From the human T2T-CHM13v2.0 reference genome, Homo sapiens, in the NCBI RefSeq assembly GCF_009914755.1, contig NC_060933.1: 64,000 bases of DNA. One strand, given 5' to 3'. A program made the translations under genes and the position numbers. The notes under the pieces were generated by a model, which saw nothing but the letters and a program-made list of their open reading frames with translations, ran no database searches and had not been told where the DNA came from. Positions 13,901 to 28,500 of this stretch are shown here, in pieces (the first letter of the stretch is position 1; every line of letters begins with the position of its first letter).

Positions 13901-16900
13901 TTTCCATTCCATTCCACTCGGGTTGATTCCAATGTATTCCTTTCCATTCCATTGCATTCTATTGCAATCGAGTTGATTCCATTGCTTTGCATTCCATTCC
14001 ATTCCATTCCATTCCATTCCGGATGATTCCATTCCATTGCATTCCATTCCATTCCATTCCCCTGCACTCGCATTGATTCCATTCCATTCCATTCCATTCC
14101 ATTCCATTCCGTTCCGTTCCGTTCCATTCCATTCCATTCCATTCCATTCCGTTCCGTTCCATTCCATTCCATTCCATTCTATTCGGGTTAATTCCATTCC
14201 ATTCCATTCGATTGCAATCGAGTTGATTCCATTCCATTCCATTCCATTCCATTCCATTCCATTCCATTCCATTCCGTTCCTTTCCATTCCATTACGGATG
14301 ATTCCATTCCATTGCATTCCATTCCATTCCATTCCCCTGTACTCGGGTTGATTCCATTCCATTCCATTCCAATCCATGCCATTCCACTCGTGTTGATTCC
14401 ATTCTTTCCATTGCATTCAAGTTGAATCCATTCCATTGCATTCCATTCCATTCGATTCCATTCGATTGCACTCGGGTTGATTCCATTCCATTGCATTGCA
14501 TTCCATTCCATTCCATTCCATTACATTCGGATTGATTCTATTCAATTCCCTTAAACTCCATTACATTCCATTCCATTCGGGTAGTTTCCATTCCATTCCA
14601 TTCCATTCCTCTCCATTCCATTGCACTCGGGTTGATTCCATTCCATTGCATTCCATTCCATTCCTTTCAATTCCATTCCGTTCCATTCCATTCCATTACA
14701 TTCGGATTGATTCTATTCAACTCCCTTACTCTCCATTACTTTCCATTCCATTCGGGTTGTTCCATTCCATTCCATTCCATTCCACTCCATTCCATTGCAC
14801 TCGGGTTGATTCCATTCCATTGCATTCCATTCCATTCCATTCCATTACAGTCGAGTTGATTCCATTCCATTCCATTCCATTCCAGTCCTTTCCATTCCAT
14901 TCCACTCGGGTTGATTCCATTCTATTAGTTTCCATTCCATTCCATTCCCTTCCATTCCACTCTGGTTGATACCATTCCTTTCCATTCCACTCGAATACAT
15001 TCCCTCCTATTCCACTCGGAACGATTCCATTCCATTCCATTCCATTCCATTCCATTCCATTCCATTTCGTTCCATTCCATTCTATTCCGTATCATTCCAT
15101 TCCATTCCATTCCATTCCATTCCATTCCATTCCATTGCGTTCCATTCCATTCCATTTCATTCGGATTGATTCTATTCAATTCCCTTACACTCCATTCCAT
15201 TCCATTCCATTCGGGTAGTTTCCATTCCATTCCATTCCATTCCTCTCCATTCCATTAAACTCGGGTTGATTCCATTCCATTCCATTCCATTCCATTCGAT
15301 TCCATTGTACTCGGGTTGATTCCATTCCATTCCATTCCATTCCATTCCATTCCATTCCGTTCCATTCCATTCCATTCCCTTCGCATTGATTCTTTTCAAC
15401 TCCCTTATTCTCCATTACTTTCCATTCCATGTGGGTTGTTCCATTCCATTCCATTCCATTCCACTCCATTCCATTGCACTCGGGTTGATTCCATTCCATT
15501 CCATTCCATTCCATTCCGGATGATTCCATTCCCTTGCATTCCGTTCCATTACATTCCCCTGCACACGGGTTGATTCCATTCCATTCCATTCCATTCCATT
15601 CCATTCCATTCCACTCCATTCCATTCCCCTGCACTCGCGTTGATTCCATTCCATTCCATTCCATTCCATTCCATTCCATTCCATTCCTTTCCGTTCCATA
15701 CCATTCCATTCCATTCCATTCCGTTCCGTTCCGTTCCAATCCATTCCATTCCATTCTATTCGGGTTAATTCCATTCCATTCCATTCGATTGCAATCGATT
15801 TGATTCCATTCCATTCCATTCCATTCCATTCCTTTCCATTCCATTACGGATTATTCCATTCCATTGCATTCCATTCCATTCCATTCCATTCCCCTGTACT
15901 CGGGTTGATTCCATTCCATTCCATTCCATTCCGTTCCATTCCATTACATTCGGATTGTTTCTATTCAACTCCCTTACTCTCCATTACATTCCATTCCATT
16001 CGGGTTGTTCCATTCCATTCCATTCCATTCCACTCCATTCCATTGCACTCGGGTTGATTCCATTCCATTCCATTCCATTCCATTCCATCCATTTCAATCC
16101 ATTCCATTCCATTCCGGATGATTCCATTCCATTGCATTCCGTTCCATTCCGTTCCATTACATTACGGATGATTCCATTCCATTGCATTCCATTCCATTCC
16201 ATTCCCCTGTACTCGGGTTGATTCCATTCCATTCCATTCCATTCCATGCGATTCCACTCGTGTTGATTCCATTCTTTCCATTCCATTCAAGTTGAATCCA
16301 TTCCATTGCATTCCATTCCATTCGATTCCATTCCATTGCACTCGGGTTTATTCCATTCCATTGCATTCCATTCCATTCCATTCCATTCCATTCCGTTCCA
16401 TTCCATTCCATTACATTCGGATTGATTCTATTCAATTCCCTTACACTCCATTACATTCCATTCCATTCGGGTAGTTTCCATTCCATTCCATTCCATTCCT
16501 CTCCATTCCATTGCACTCGGGTTGATTCCATTCCATTCCATTCCATTCCACTCCATTCCATTCCATTCCATTCCATTCCGTTCCATTCCATTCCATTACT
16601 TTCGGATTGATTCTTTTCAACTCCCTTACTCTCCATTACATTCCATTCCATTCGGGTTGTTCCATTCCATTCCATTCCATTCCACTCCATTCCATTGCAC
16701 TCGGGTTGATTCCATTCCATTCCATTCCATTCCATTCCATTCCGGATGATTCCATTCCATTGCATTCCGTTCCATTACATTCCCCTGCACTCGGGTTGAT
16801 TCCATACCATTCCATTCCATTCCATTCGATTCCATTCCATTCCGCTGCACTCGCGTTGATTCCATTCCATTCCATTCCATTCCATTCCATTCCATTCGAT

Positions 16901-18130
16901 TCCATTCCATTCCTTTCCATTCCATTCCATTGCATTCCGTTCCGTTCCGTTCCATTCCATTGCATTCCATTCTATTCGGGTTAATTCCATTCCATTCCAT
17001 TCGATTGCAATCGAGTTGATTCCATTCCATTCCATTCCATTCCATTCCATTCCATTCAATTCATTTCCATTCCATTACGGATGATTCCATTCCATTGCAT
17101 TCCATTCCATTCCATTCCCCTGTACTCGGGTTAATTCCATTCCATTCCATTCCATTGCACTCGGGTTGATTCCATTCCATTCCATTCCATTCCCTTTCAT
17201 TCCATTCCATTCCATTACATTCGGATTGATTCTATTCAATTCCCTTACATTCCATTACATTCCATTCCATTCGGGATGTTTCCATTCCATTCCATTCCAT
17301 TCCACTCCATTCCATTGCATCGGGTTGATTGCATTCCATTCCATTCCATTCCATTCCGGATGATTCCATTCCATTGCATTCCATTCCATTCCATTCCCCT
17401 GCACTCGGGTTGATCACATTCCATTCCATTCCATTCCATTTCTTTCCATTCCGTTCCATTCCATTGCAATCGAGTTGATTCCATTCCATTCCATTCCATT
17501 CCATTCTATTCCATTCCATTCCATTCCATTCCATTGCATTCCATTCCGGATGATTCCATTCCATTGCATTCCATTCCATTCTATTCAATTCCATTCCGTT
17601 CCATTCCATTCCATTACATTCGGATTGATTCTATTCAACTCCCTTACTCTCCATTACATTCCATTCCATTCGGGTTGTTCCATTCCATTCCATTCCATTC
17701 CATTCCACTCCATTCCATTGCACTCGGGTTGATTCCATTGCATTCCATTCCATTCCATTCCATTCCTGAAGATTCCATTCCATTGCATTCCATTCCATTC
17801 CATTGCCCTGCACTCGCGTTGATTCCATTCCATTCCATTCCATTCCATTCCATTCCATTCCATTCCATTCCTTTCCGTTCCATTCCATTCCATTCCATTC
17901 CATTCCATTCCATTCCATTCCGTTCCGTTCCGTTCCATTCCGTTCCATTCCATTCCATTCCATTCCATTCCATTCCATTCCATTCCATTTCATTCCATTG
18001 TACTCGGGTTGATTCCATTCCATTGCATTCCATTCCATTCCATTCAATTCCATTCCGTTCCTATCCATTCCATTACATTCGGATTGATTCTATTCAACTC
18101 CCTTACTCTCAATTACATTCCATTCCATTC
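10965..18130 (+). repeat. Copy 2 of the large block; lacks the 2.77 kb duplication and has a ~565 bp deletion
   Basis: Collinear with copy 1. The offset steps from ~10,940-11,020 to ~8,240 to ~7,670 (ORF 7711 vs 15955; 8618..8800 vs 16292..16474 with identical translation). Confidence 0.88.
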
Positions 18131-21100
18131 GGATTGATTCTATTCAACTCCCTTACTCTCCATTACATTCCATTCCATTCGGGTTGTTCCATTCCATTCC
18201 ATTGCATTCCACTCCATTCCATTGCACTCGGGTTGATTCCATTCCATTCCATTCCATTCCATTCCATTCCGGATGATTCCATTCCATTGCATTCCGTTCT
18301 ATTACATTCCCCTGCACTCACGTTGATTCCATTCCATTCCATTCCATTCGATTCCATTCCATTCCAATTCGTTCCATTCCATTCTATTCCGTACCATTCC
18401 ATTCCATTCCATACCATTCCATTCCATTCCATTCCATTCCATTCCATTCCATTCGTTTCCGTTCCATTCCGTTCCATTCCATTCCATTCCATTCCATTAG
18501 GGTTAATTACATTCCATTCCATTCCATTCCATTCTATTCCATTCCATTGCAATCGAGTTGAATCCATTGCATTCCATTCCATTCCATTCCATTCCATTCC
18601 ATTCCATTCCATTCCATACCGGATTATTCCATTCCATTGCATTCCATTCCATTCCATTCCCCTGCACTCGAATTGATTCCATTCCATTCCATTCCATTCC
18701 ATTCCATTCCATTCCATTCCGTTCCGTTCCGTTCCGTTCCGTTCCATTCCATTCCATTCCGTTCCGTTCCGTTCCGTTCCATTCCATTCCATTCCATTCT
18801 ATTCGGGTTAATTCCATTCCATTCCATTCGATTGCAATCGAGTTCATTCCATTCCATTCCATTCCTTTCCATTCCATTCCATTCCTTTCCATTCCATTCC
18901 ATTACATTCGGATTGATTCTATTCAATTCCATTACACTTCATTACATTCCATCCAGTTCGGGTAATTTTCCATTCCATTCCATTCCATTCCTCTCCATTC
19001 CATTGCACTCGGGTTGATTCCATTCCATTCCATTCCATTCCATTCCATTCCATTCCATTCCATTCCATTCTATTCCATTGTACTCAGGTTGATTCCTTTC
19101 CATTGCATTCCATTCCATTCCATTACGTTCCATTCCATTCCATTACTTTCGGGTTGATTCTATTCAACTCCCTTACTCTCCATTACATTCCATTCCATTC
19201 CTGTTGTTCCATTCCATTCCATTCCATTCCACTCCATTCCATTGCACTGGGGTTGATTCCATTCCATTCCATTCCATTCCATTCAATTCCGGATGATTCC
19301 ATTCCATTGCATTCCGATCCATTACATTCCCCTGCACTCGGGTTGATTCCATTCCATTCCATTCCATTCCATACCATTCCATTCGATTCCATTCCATTCC
19401 AATTCTTTCCATTCCATTCAATTCCGTACCATTCCATTCCATTCCATACAATTCCATTCCATTCCATTCCATTCCATTCCATTCAATTCCATTCCGCTCC
19501 GTTCCGTTCCGTTCCATTCCATTCCATTCCATTCCGGAAGATTCCATTCCATTGCATTCCATTCCATTCCTTTCCCCTGCACTCGCGTTGATTCGATTCC
19601 ATTCCATTCCATTCCATTCCATTCCATTCCATTCCTTTCCTTTCCATTCCATTCCATTCCATTCCGTTCCGTTCCGTTCCATTCCATTCCATTCCATTCT
19701 ATTCGGGTTAATTCCATTCCATTCCATTCGATTGCAATCTAGTTGATTCCATTCCATTCCATTCCATTCCATTCCTTTCCATTCCATTACGGATGATTCA
19801 ATTCCATTGCATTCCATTCCATTCCATTCCCTTGTACTCGGGTTGATTCCATTCCATTGCATTCCAATCCATGCCATTCCACTCGTGTTGATTCCATTCT
19901 TTCCATTCCATTCAAGTTGAATCCATTCCATTGCATTCCATTCCATTCGATTCCATTCGATTGCACTCGGGTTGATTACATTCCATTGCATTCCAATCCA
20001 TTCCGTTCCATTACATTACATTCGGATTGATTCTATTCAATTCCCTTACACTCCATTACATTCCATTCCATTCGGTTTGTTCCATTCCATTCCATTCCAT
20101 TCCACTTCATTCCATTGCACTCGGGTTGATTCCATTCCATTCCATTCCATTCCATTCCATTCCATTCCGGATGATTCCATTCCATTGCATTCCGTTCCAT
20201 TACATTCCCCTGCACTCGCGTTGACTCCATTCCATTCCATTCCATTCCATACCATTCCATTCCATTCCATTCCATTCCATTCCATTCCATTCCGTTCCGT
20301 TCCGTTCCATTCCGTTCCATTCCATTCCATTCTATTCGGGTTAATTCCATTCCATTCCATTCCATTCCATTCCATTCCATTCCATTCTACTCCATACCAT
20401 TGCAATCGAGTTGAATCCATTGCATTCCATTCCATTCCATTCCATACCGGAAGATCCCATTCCATTGCATTCCATTCCATTCCATTCCCCTGCGCTCGCG
20501 TTGATTCCATTCCATTCCATTCCATTCCGTTCCGTTCGGTTCCATTCCATTCCATTCCATTCCATTCCATTCCATTCCGTTCCGTACCGTTCCGTTCCAT
20601 TCCATTCCATTCCATTCTATTCGGGTTACTTCCATTCCATTCCATTCGATTGCAATCGAGTTGATTCCATTCCATTCCATTCCATTCCATTCCATTCCTT
20701 TCCATTCCATTCATTTCCATTCCATTACGGATGATTCCATTCCATTGCATTGCATTCCATTCCATTCCCCTGTACTTGGGTTGATTCCATTCCATTCCAT
20801 TCCATTCCGGATGATTCCATTCCATTGCATTCAGTTCCATTACATTCCCTACACTCGGGTTGATTCCATTCCATTCCATTCCATTATATTCGATTCCATT
20901 CCATTCCCCTGCACTCGCGTTGATTCCATTCCATTCCATTACATTACATTCCATTCCATTCCTTTCCATTCTATTCCATTCCATTCCATTCCATTCCATT
21001 CCATTCCGCTCCGTTCCATTCCATTCCATTCTGTTCGGGTTAATTCCATTCCATTCCATTCGATTGCAATCTAGTTGATTCCATTCCATTCCATTCCATT

Positions 21101-22569
21101 CCATTCCATTGCATTTCATTCCATTCCTTTCCCCTGCACTCGGGTTGATTCCATTCCATTACATTACATTACATTCCGTTCCATTCCATTCCATTCCATT
21201 CGGATTGATTCTATTCAATTCCCTTACACTCCATTACATTCCATTCCATTCGGGTATTTTCCATTCCTTTCCATTCCATTCCTCTCTATTCCATTGCAGT
21301 CGGATTGATTCCATTTCATTCCATTCCATTCCATTCCATTCCATTCCATTCAATTCCATTCCATTCCATTGTACTCGGGTTGATTCCATTCCATTGCATT
21401 CCATTCCATTCCATTCCATTCCATTCCATTCCTTTCCATTCCATTCCTTTACATTCGGATTGATTCTATTCAACTCTCTTACTCTCCATTACATTCCATT
21501 CCATTCGGGTTGTTCCATTCCATTCCATTCCACTCCTTTCCATTGTACTCGGGTTGATTCCATTCCATTCCATTCCATTCCATTCCATTCCATTCGATTC
21601 CATTCCATTCCAATTCTTTCCATTCCATTCTATTCCGTACCATTCCATTCCATTCCATACAATTCCATTCCATTCCACTCCATTCCATTCCATTCCGTTC
21701 CGTTCCGTTCCGTTCCGTTCCATTCCATTCCATTCCATTCTATTCGGGTTAATTCCATTCCATTCCATTCCATTCCATTCTATTCCATTCCATTGCAATC
21801 GAGTTGAATCCATTCCATTCCATTCCATTCCATTCCATTCCATTCCATTCCGGAAGATTCCATTCCATTGCAATCCATTCCATTCCATTCCCCTGCACTC
21901 GCGTTGATTCCATTCCATTCCATTCCATTCCATTTCATTCCTTTCCGTTCCGTTCCATTCCATTCCATTCCATTCCGTTCCGTTCCGTTCCGTTCCATTC
22001 CATTCCATTCTATTCGGGTTAATTCCATTCCATTCCATTCCATTCGATTGCAATCGAGTTGATTCCATTCCATTCCATTCCATTCCATTCCATTCTATTC
22101 CATTCCATTCCATTCCATTCCTTTCCATTACATTACGGATGATTCCATTCCATTGCATTCCATTCCATTCCATTCCCCTGTACTCGGGTTGATTCCATTC
22201 CATTCCATTCCATTCCATGCCATTCCACTCCTGCTGATTCCATTCTTTCCATTCCATTCAAGTTGAATCCATTCCATTGCATTCCATTACATTTGATTCC
22301 ATTTGATTGCACTCGGGTTGATTCCATTCCATTGCATTCCATTCCATTCCATTCCAATCCATTCCATTCCGTTCCATTCCATTCCATTACATTCGGATTG
22401 ATTCTATTCAATTCCCTTGCACTCCATTACATTCCATTCCATTCGGGTAGTTTCCATTCCATTCCATTCCATTACTCTGCATTCCATTGCACTCGGGTTG
22501 ATTCCATTCCATTCCATTCCATTCCATTCCATTCCATTCCATTCCATTCCATTCCATTCCATTCGAATC

Positions 22570-23640
22570 CATTCCATTGCATTCGGGTTGATTCCATTCC
22601 ATTCCATTCCATTCCATTTCATTCCATTCCATTCCATTACATTCGCATTGATTCTATTCAATTCCCATACATTCCATTACATTCCATTCCATTCGGGATG
22701 TTTCCATTCCATTCCATTCCATTCCACTCCATTCCATTGCATCGGGTTGATTGCATTCCATTCCATTCCATTCCATTCCGGATGATTCCATTCCATTGCA
22801 TTCCATTCCATTCCATTCCCCTGCACTCGGGTTGATCACATTCCATTCCATTCCCTTCCATTCCTTTCCATTCCGTTCCATTCCATTGCAATCGAGTTGA
22901 TTCCATTCCATTCCATTCCATTCCATTCCATTCCATTCCATTGCATTCCATTCCGGATGGTTCCATTCCACTGCATTCCATTCCATTCTATTCAATTCCA
23001 TTCCGTTCCATTGCATTCCATTACATTCGGATTGATTCTATTCAACTCCCTTACTCTCCATTACATTCCATTCCATTCGGGTTGTTCCATTCCATTCCAT
23101 TCCATTCCATTCCACTCCATTCCATTGCACTCGGGTTGAGTCCATTGCATTCCATTCCATTCCATTCCATTCCGGAAGATTCCATTCCATTGCATTCCAT
23201 TCCATTCCATTGCCCTGCACTCGCGTTGATTCCATTCCATTCCATTCCATTCCATTCCATTCCATTCCATTCCTTTCCGTTCCATTCCATTCCATTCCAT
23301 TCCATTCCATTCCGTTCCGTTCCGTTCCGTTCCGTTCCATTCCATTCCATTCCATTCCATTCCATTCCATTCCATTCCATTCCATTCCATTTCATTCCAT
23401 TGTACTCGGGTTGATTCCATTCCATTGCATTGCATTCCATTCCATTCAATTCCATTCCGTTCCTATCCTTTCCATTACATTCGGATTGATTCTATTCAAC
23501 TCCCTTACTCTCAATTACATTCCATTCCATTCGGATTGATTCTATTCAACTCCCTTACTCTCCATTACATTCCATTCCATTCGGGTTGTTCCATTCCATT
23601 CCATTCCATTCCACTCCATTCCATTGCACTCGGGTTGATT
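22570..23640 (+). repeat. Third, partial (~1 kb) copy of the distal part of the large block
   Basis: Shares rare variants GTTGATCACA (~9745, ~17409, 22831), ATTGCCCTGCAC (~10153, ~17802, ~23209), CCTATCC and CTCTCAATTAC. Confidence 0.82.
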
Positions 23641-24499
23641 CCATTCCATTCCATTCCATTCCATTCCATTCCATTCCATTCCGGAAGATTCCATTCCATT
23701 GCATTCCATTCCATTCCATTCCCCTGCACTCGCGTTGATTCCATTCCATTCCATTCCATTCCATTCCGTTCCGTTCCATTCCTTTCCTTTCCATTCCATT
23801 CCTTTCCGTTCCGTTCCATTCCATTCCATTCCATTCTATTCGGGTTAATTCCATTCCATTCCATTCGATTGCAATCGAGTTGATTCAATTCCATTCCATT
23901 CCATTCCATTCCATTCCTTTCCATTCCATTACGGATAATTCCATACCATTGCTTTCCATTCCATTCCAATCCCCTGTACTCGGGTTGATTCCATTCCATT
24001 CCATTCCAATCCATGGCATTCCACTCGTGTTGATTCCATTCTTTCCATTCCATTCAAGTTGAATCCATTCCATTTCATTCCATTCCATTCGATTCCATTC
24101 GATTGCACTTGGGTTGATTCCATTCCATTGCATTCCATTCCATTCCATTCCATTCCGTTCCATTCCATTTCATTACATTCAGATTGATTCTATTCAATTC
24201 CCTTACACTCCATTATATTCCAATCCATTCTGGTTGTTTCCATTCCATTCCATTCCATTTCACTCCATTCCATTGCACTCGGGTTGATTCCATTCCATTC
24301 CATTGCATTCCATTCCATTCCATTCCATTCCGGATGATTCCATTCCATTGCATTCCGTTCCATTACATTCCCCTGCACTCGGGTTAATTCCATTCCATTC
24401 CATTCCATTCCATTCGATTCCATTCCATTCCAACTCTTTCCATTCCATTCTATTCCATACCATTCCATTCCATTCCATACAATTCCATTCCATTCCATT

Positions 24500-25500
24500 C
24501 CATTCCAATCCATTACAATCGATTTGATTCCATTCCATTCCATTCCATTCCATGCCATTCCATTCCAGTCCTTTCCATTCCATTCCACTCGGGTTGATTC
24601 CATTCTATTAGTTTCCATTCCATTCCATTCCCTTCCATTCCACTCTGGTTGATTCCATTCCTTTCCATTCCACTCGAATACATTCCCTCCTATTCCACTC
24701 GGAACGTTTCCATTCCATTCCATTCCATTCCATTCCATTCCATTCCATTCCATTCCATTCCATTCCATTTCGTTCCATCCCATTCTATTCCGTACGATTC
24801 CATTCCATTCCATTCCTTTCCATTCCATTCCATTCCACTCGTGTTGATTCCATTCCTTTCCATTGCATTCGGTTTGAAGGCATTCCATTCCATTCAATTC
24901 CATTCCATTCCATTCCATTCCATTCCATTCCATTCCATTCCATTGTACTCGCGTTGATTCCATTCCATTGCATTCCATTCCATTCCATTCCATTCCATTC
25001 CATTCCATTCCATTCCAATCCATTACAATCGAGTTGATTCCATTCCATTCCATTCCATTCCATTCCATTCCATTCCTTTCCATTCCATTCCACTCGGGTT
25101 GATTCCATTCTATTAGATTCCATTCCATTCCATTCCCTTCCATTCCACTCTGGTTGATTCCATTCCTTTCTATTCCACTCGAATACATTCCCTCCTATTC
25201 CACTCGGAACGATTCCATTCCATTCCATTCCATTCCATTCCATTTCGTTCCATTCCATTCTATTCCGTACCATTCCATTCCATTCCATTCCTTTCCATTC
25301 CATTCCATTCCACTCGTGTTGATTCCATTCCTTTCCATTCCATTCGGTTTGAAGGCATTCCATTCCATTCAATTCCATTCCATTCCATTCCATTGCATTG
25401 CATTCCATTCCATTCCATTCCATTCCATTCCATTCTATTGTACTCGTGTTGATTCCATTCCATTGTATTCCATTCCATTCCATTCCATTCCATTCCATTC
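24500..25500 (+). repeat. ~0.5 kb tandem pair of the GAATACATTCCCTCC / GGTTTGAAGGC branch module
   Basis: GAATACATTC at ~24676 and 25181; GGTTTGAAGG at 24871 and ~25346. Confidence 0.75.
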
Positions 25501-28500
25501 CGTTGCATTCCATTCTATTACATTCGGATTGATTCTATTCAACACCCTTACTCTCCATTACATTCCATTCCATTCGGGTTCTTCCATTCAATTCCATTCC
25601 ATTCCACTCCATTCCATTGCACCTGGGTTGATTCCATTCCATTCCTTTCCATTCCATTCCATTCCGGATGATTCCATTCCATTGCATTCCGTTCCATTCC
25701 ATTCCCCTGCACTCGCGTTGATTCCATTCCATTCCATTCCATTCCATTCCATTCAATTCCGTTACAATTCTTTCCATTCAATTCTATTCCGTACCATTCC
25801 ATTCCATTCCATACCATTCCATTCCATTCCATTGCATTCCGTTCCATTCCGTTCCATTCCATTCCATTCCATTCTATTCGGGTTAATTCCATTCCATTCC
25901 ATTCCATTCCATTCTATTCCATTCCATTGCAATCGAGTTGAATCCATTGCATTTCATTTCATTCCATTCCATTCCATTCCATTCCATTCCGGAAGATTCC
26001 ATTCCATTGCATTCCATTCCATTGCATTCCCCTGCACTCGCGTTGATTCCATTCCATTCCATTCCATTCCATTCCATTCCATTCCATTCCATTCTATTCC
26101 ATTCCATTCCGTTCCGTTCCTTTCCATTCCATTCCATTCTATTCCATTCCATTCCGTTCCGTTCCATTCCATTCCATTCCATTCTATTCGGGTTAATTCC
26201 TTTCCATTCCATTCGATTGCAATCGAGTTAATTCCATTCCATTCCATTCCATTCCATTCCATTCCATTCCTTTCCATTACATTACGGATGGTTCCATTCG
26301 ATTTCATTCCATTCCATTCCATTCCCCTGTACTCGGGTTGATTCCATTCCATTCCATTCCAATCCATGCCATTCCACTCGTGTTGAATCCATTCTTTCCC
26401 TTCTATTCAAGTTGAATCCATTCCATTGCATTCCATTCCATTCGATTCCATTCGATTGCACTCGGGTTGATTCCATACCATTCCATTCCATTCCATTTCA
26501 TTCCATTCCATTCAATTACATTCGGATTGATTCTATTCAATTCCCTTACACTCAATTACATTCCATTCGATTCGGGATTTTTCCATTCCATTCCATTCCA
26601 TTCCACTCCATTCCATTGCGTCGGGTTGATAGCATTCCATTCCATCCCATTCCATTCCGGATGATTCCATTCCATTGCATTCCATTCCATTCCATTCCCC
26701 TGCACTCGGGTTGATTACATTCCATTCCATTCCCTTCCATTCCTTTCCATTCCATTCCATTCCATTCCATTCCATTCCATTCCATTCCATTGCAATCGAG
26801 TTGATTCCATTCCATTCCATTCCATTCCGTTCCGCATGATTCCTTTCCATTGCATTCCATTCCATTCCATTCCCCTGCAGTCGGGTTGATTCCATTCCAT
26901 TCCATTCCATTCCATTCCATTCCATTCCGTTCCGTTCCATTCCATTCCATTCCATTCCATTCGGGTTAATTCCATTCCCTTCCATTCCATTCCATTCCAT
27001 TCCATTCCTATCGAGTTGATTCCATTCCATTCCATTCCATTCCACTCCATTCCAGTCCTTTCCATTCCATTCCACTCGGGTTGATTCCATTCTATTCCTT
27101 TCCATTCCATTCCATTCCATTGCAATCGAGTTGATTCCATTGCTTTGCATTCCATTCCATTCCATTCCATTCCGGATGATTCCATTCCATTGCATTCCGT
27201 TCCATTCCATTCCCCTGCACTCGGGTTGATTCCATTCCATTCCACTGCATTCCATTCCATTCCATTCCATTCCATTGTATTCGGGTTAATCCATTCCATT
27301 CCATTCCATTCCATTCCATTACATTACATTACAATCCAGTTGATTCCATTCCATTCCATTCCATTCCATTCCATTCCATTCCATTCCAGTCCTTTCCATT
27401 CCTTTCCACTCCGGTTGATTCCATTCTATTAGTTTCCATTCCATTTCATTCCCTTCCATTCCACTCTGGTTGATTCCATTCCTTTCCATTCCACTCGAAT
27501 ACATTCCCTCCTATTTCACTCGGAACGATTCCATTCCATTCGATTCCATTCCATTCCATTCCATTCCATTTCATTCCATTGCTTTCTATTCCGTACCATT
27601 CCATTCCATTCCATTCCATTCCATTCCATTCCATTCCACTCGTGTTGATTCCATTCCTTTCCATTCCATTCGGTTTGAAGCCATTCCATTCCATTCCATT
27701 CCATTCCATTCCACTCTGGTTGATTCCATTCCTTTCCATTCCACTCGAATATATTCCCTCCTATTCCACTCGGAACGATTCCATTCCATTCCATTCCATT
27801 CCATTCCATTAGATTCCATTTCGTTCCATTCCATTCTATTCCATACCATTCCATTCCATTCCATTCCTTTCCATTCCATTCCATTCCACTCGTGTTGATT
27901 CCATTCCTTTCCATTCCATTCGGTTTGAAGGCTTTCCATTCCATTCAATTCCATTCCATTCCATTCCGTTGCATTCCATTCCATTCCATTCCATTCCATT
28001 CCACTCCATTCTATTGTACTCGTGTTGATTCCATTCCATTGTATTCCATTCCATTCTATTCCATTCCATTCCATTCCGTTGCAATCCATTCTATTACTTT
28101 CGGATTGATTCTATTCAACACCCTTACTCTCCATTACATTCCATTCCATTCGGGTTGTTCCATTCCATTCCATTCCATTCCACTCCATTCCATTGCACTC
28201 GGGTTGATTCCATTCCATTCCTTTCCATTCCATTCCATTCCGGATGATTCCATTCCATTGCATTCCGTTCCATTACATTCCCCTGCACTCGCGTTGATTC
28301 CATTCCATTCCATTCCATTCCATTCCATTCAATTCCGTTACATTTCGTTCCATTCAATTCTATTACGTACCATTCCATTCCATTCCATACCATTCCATTC
28401 CATTCTATTCCATTCCATTCCGTTCCATTCCGTTCCATTCCATTCCATTCCATTCTATTCGGGTTAATTCCATTCCATTCCATTCCATTCCATTCTATTC

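Noticed and set aside
1-21880. A fixed 10.9 kb higher-order repeat
   Set aside because: The 10,939 offset holds only at the start. It equals ~8.2 kb plus an internal 2.77 kb duplication, and no third full copy follows.
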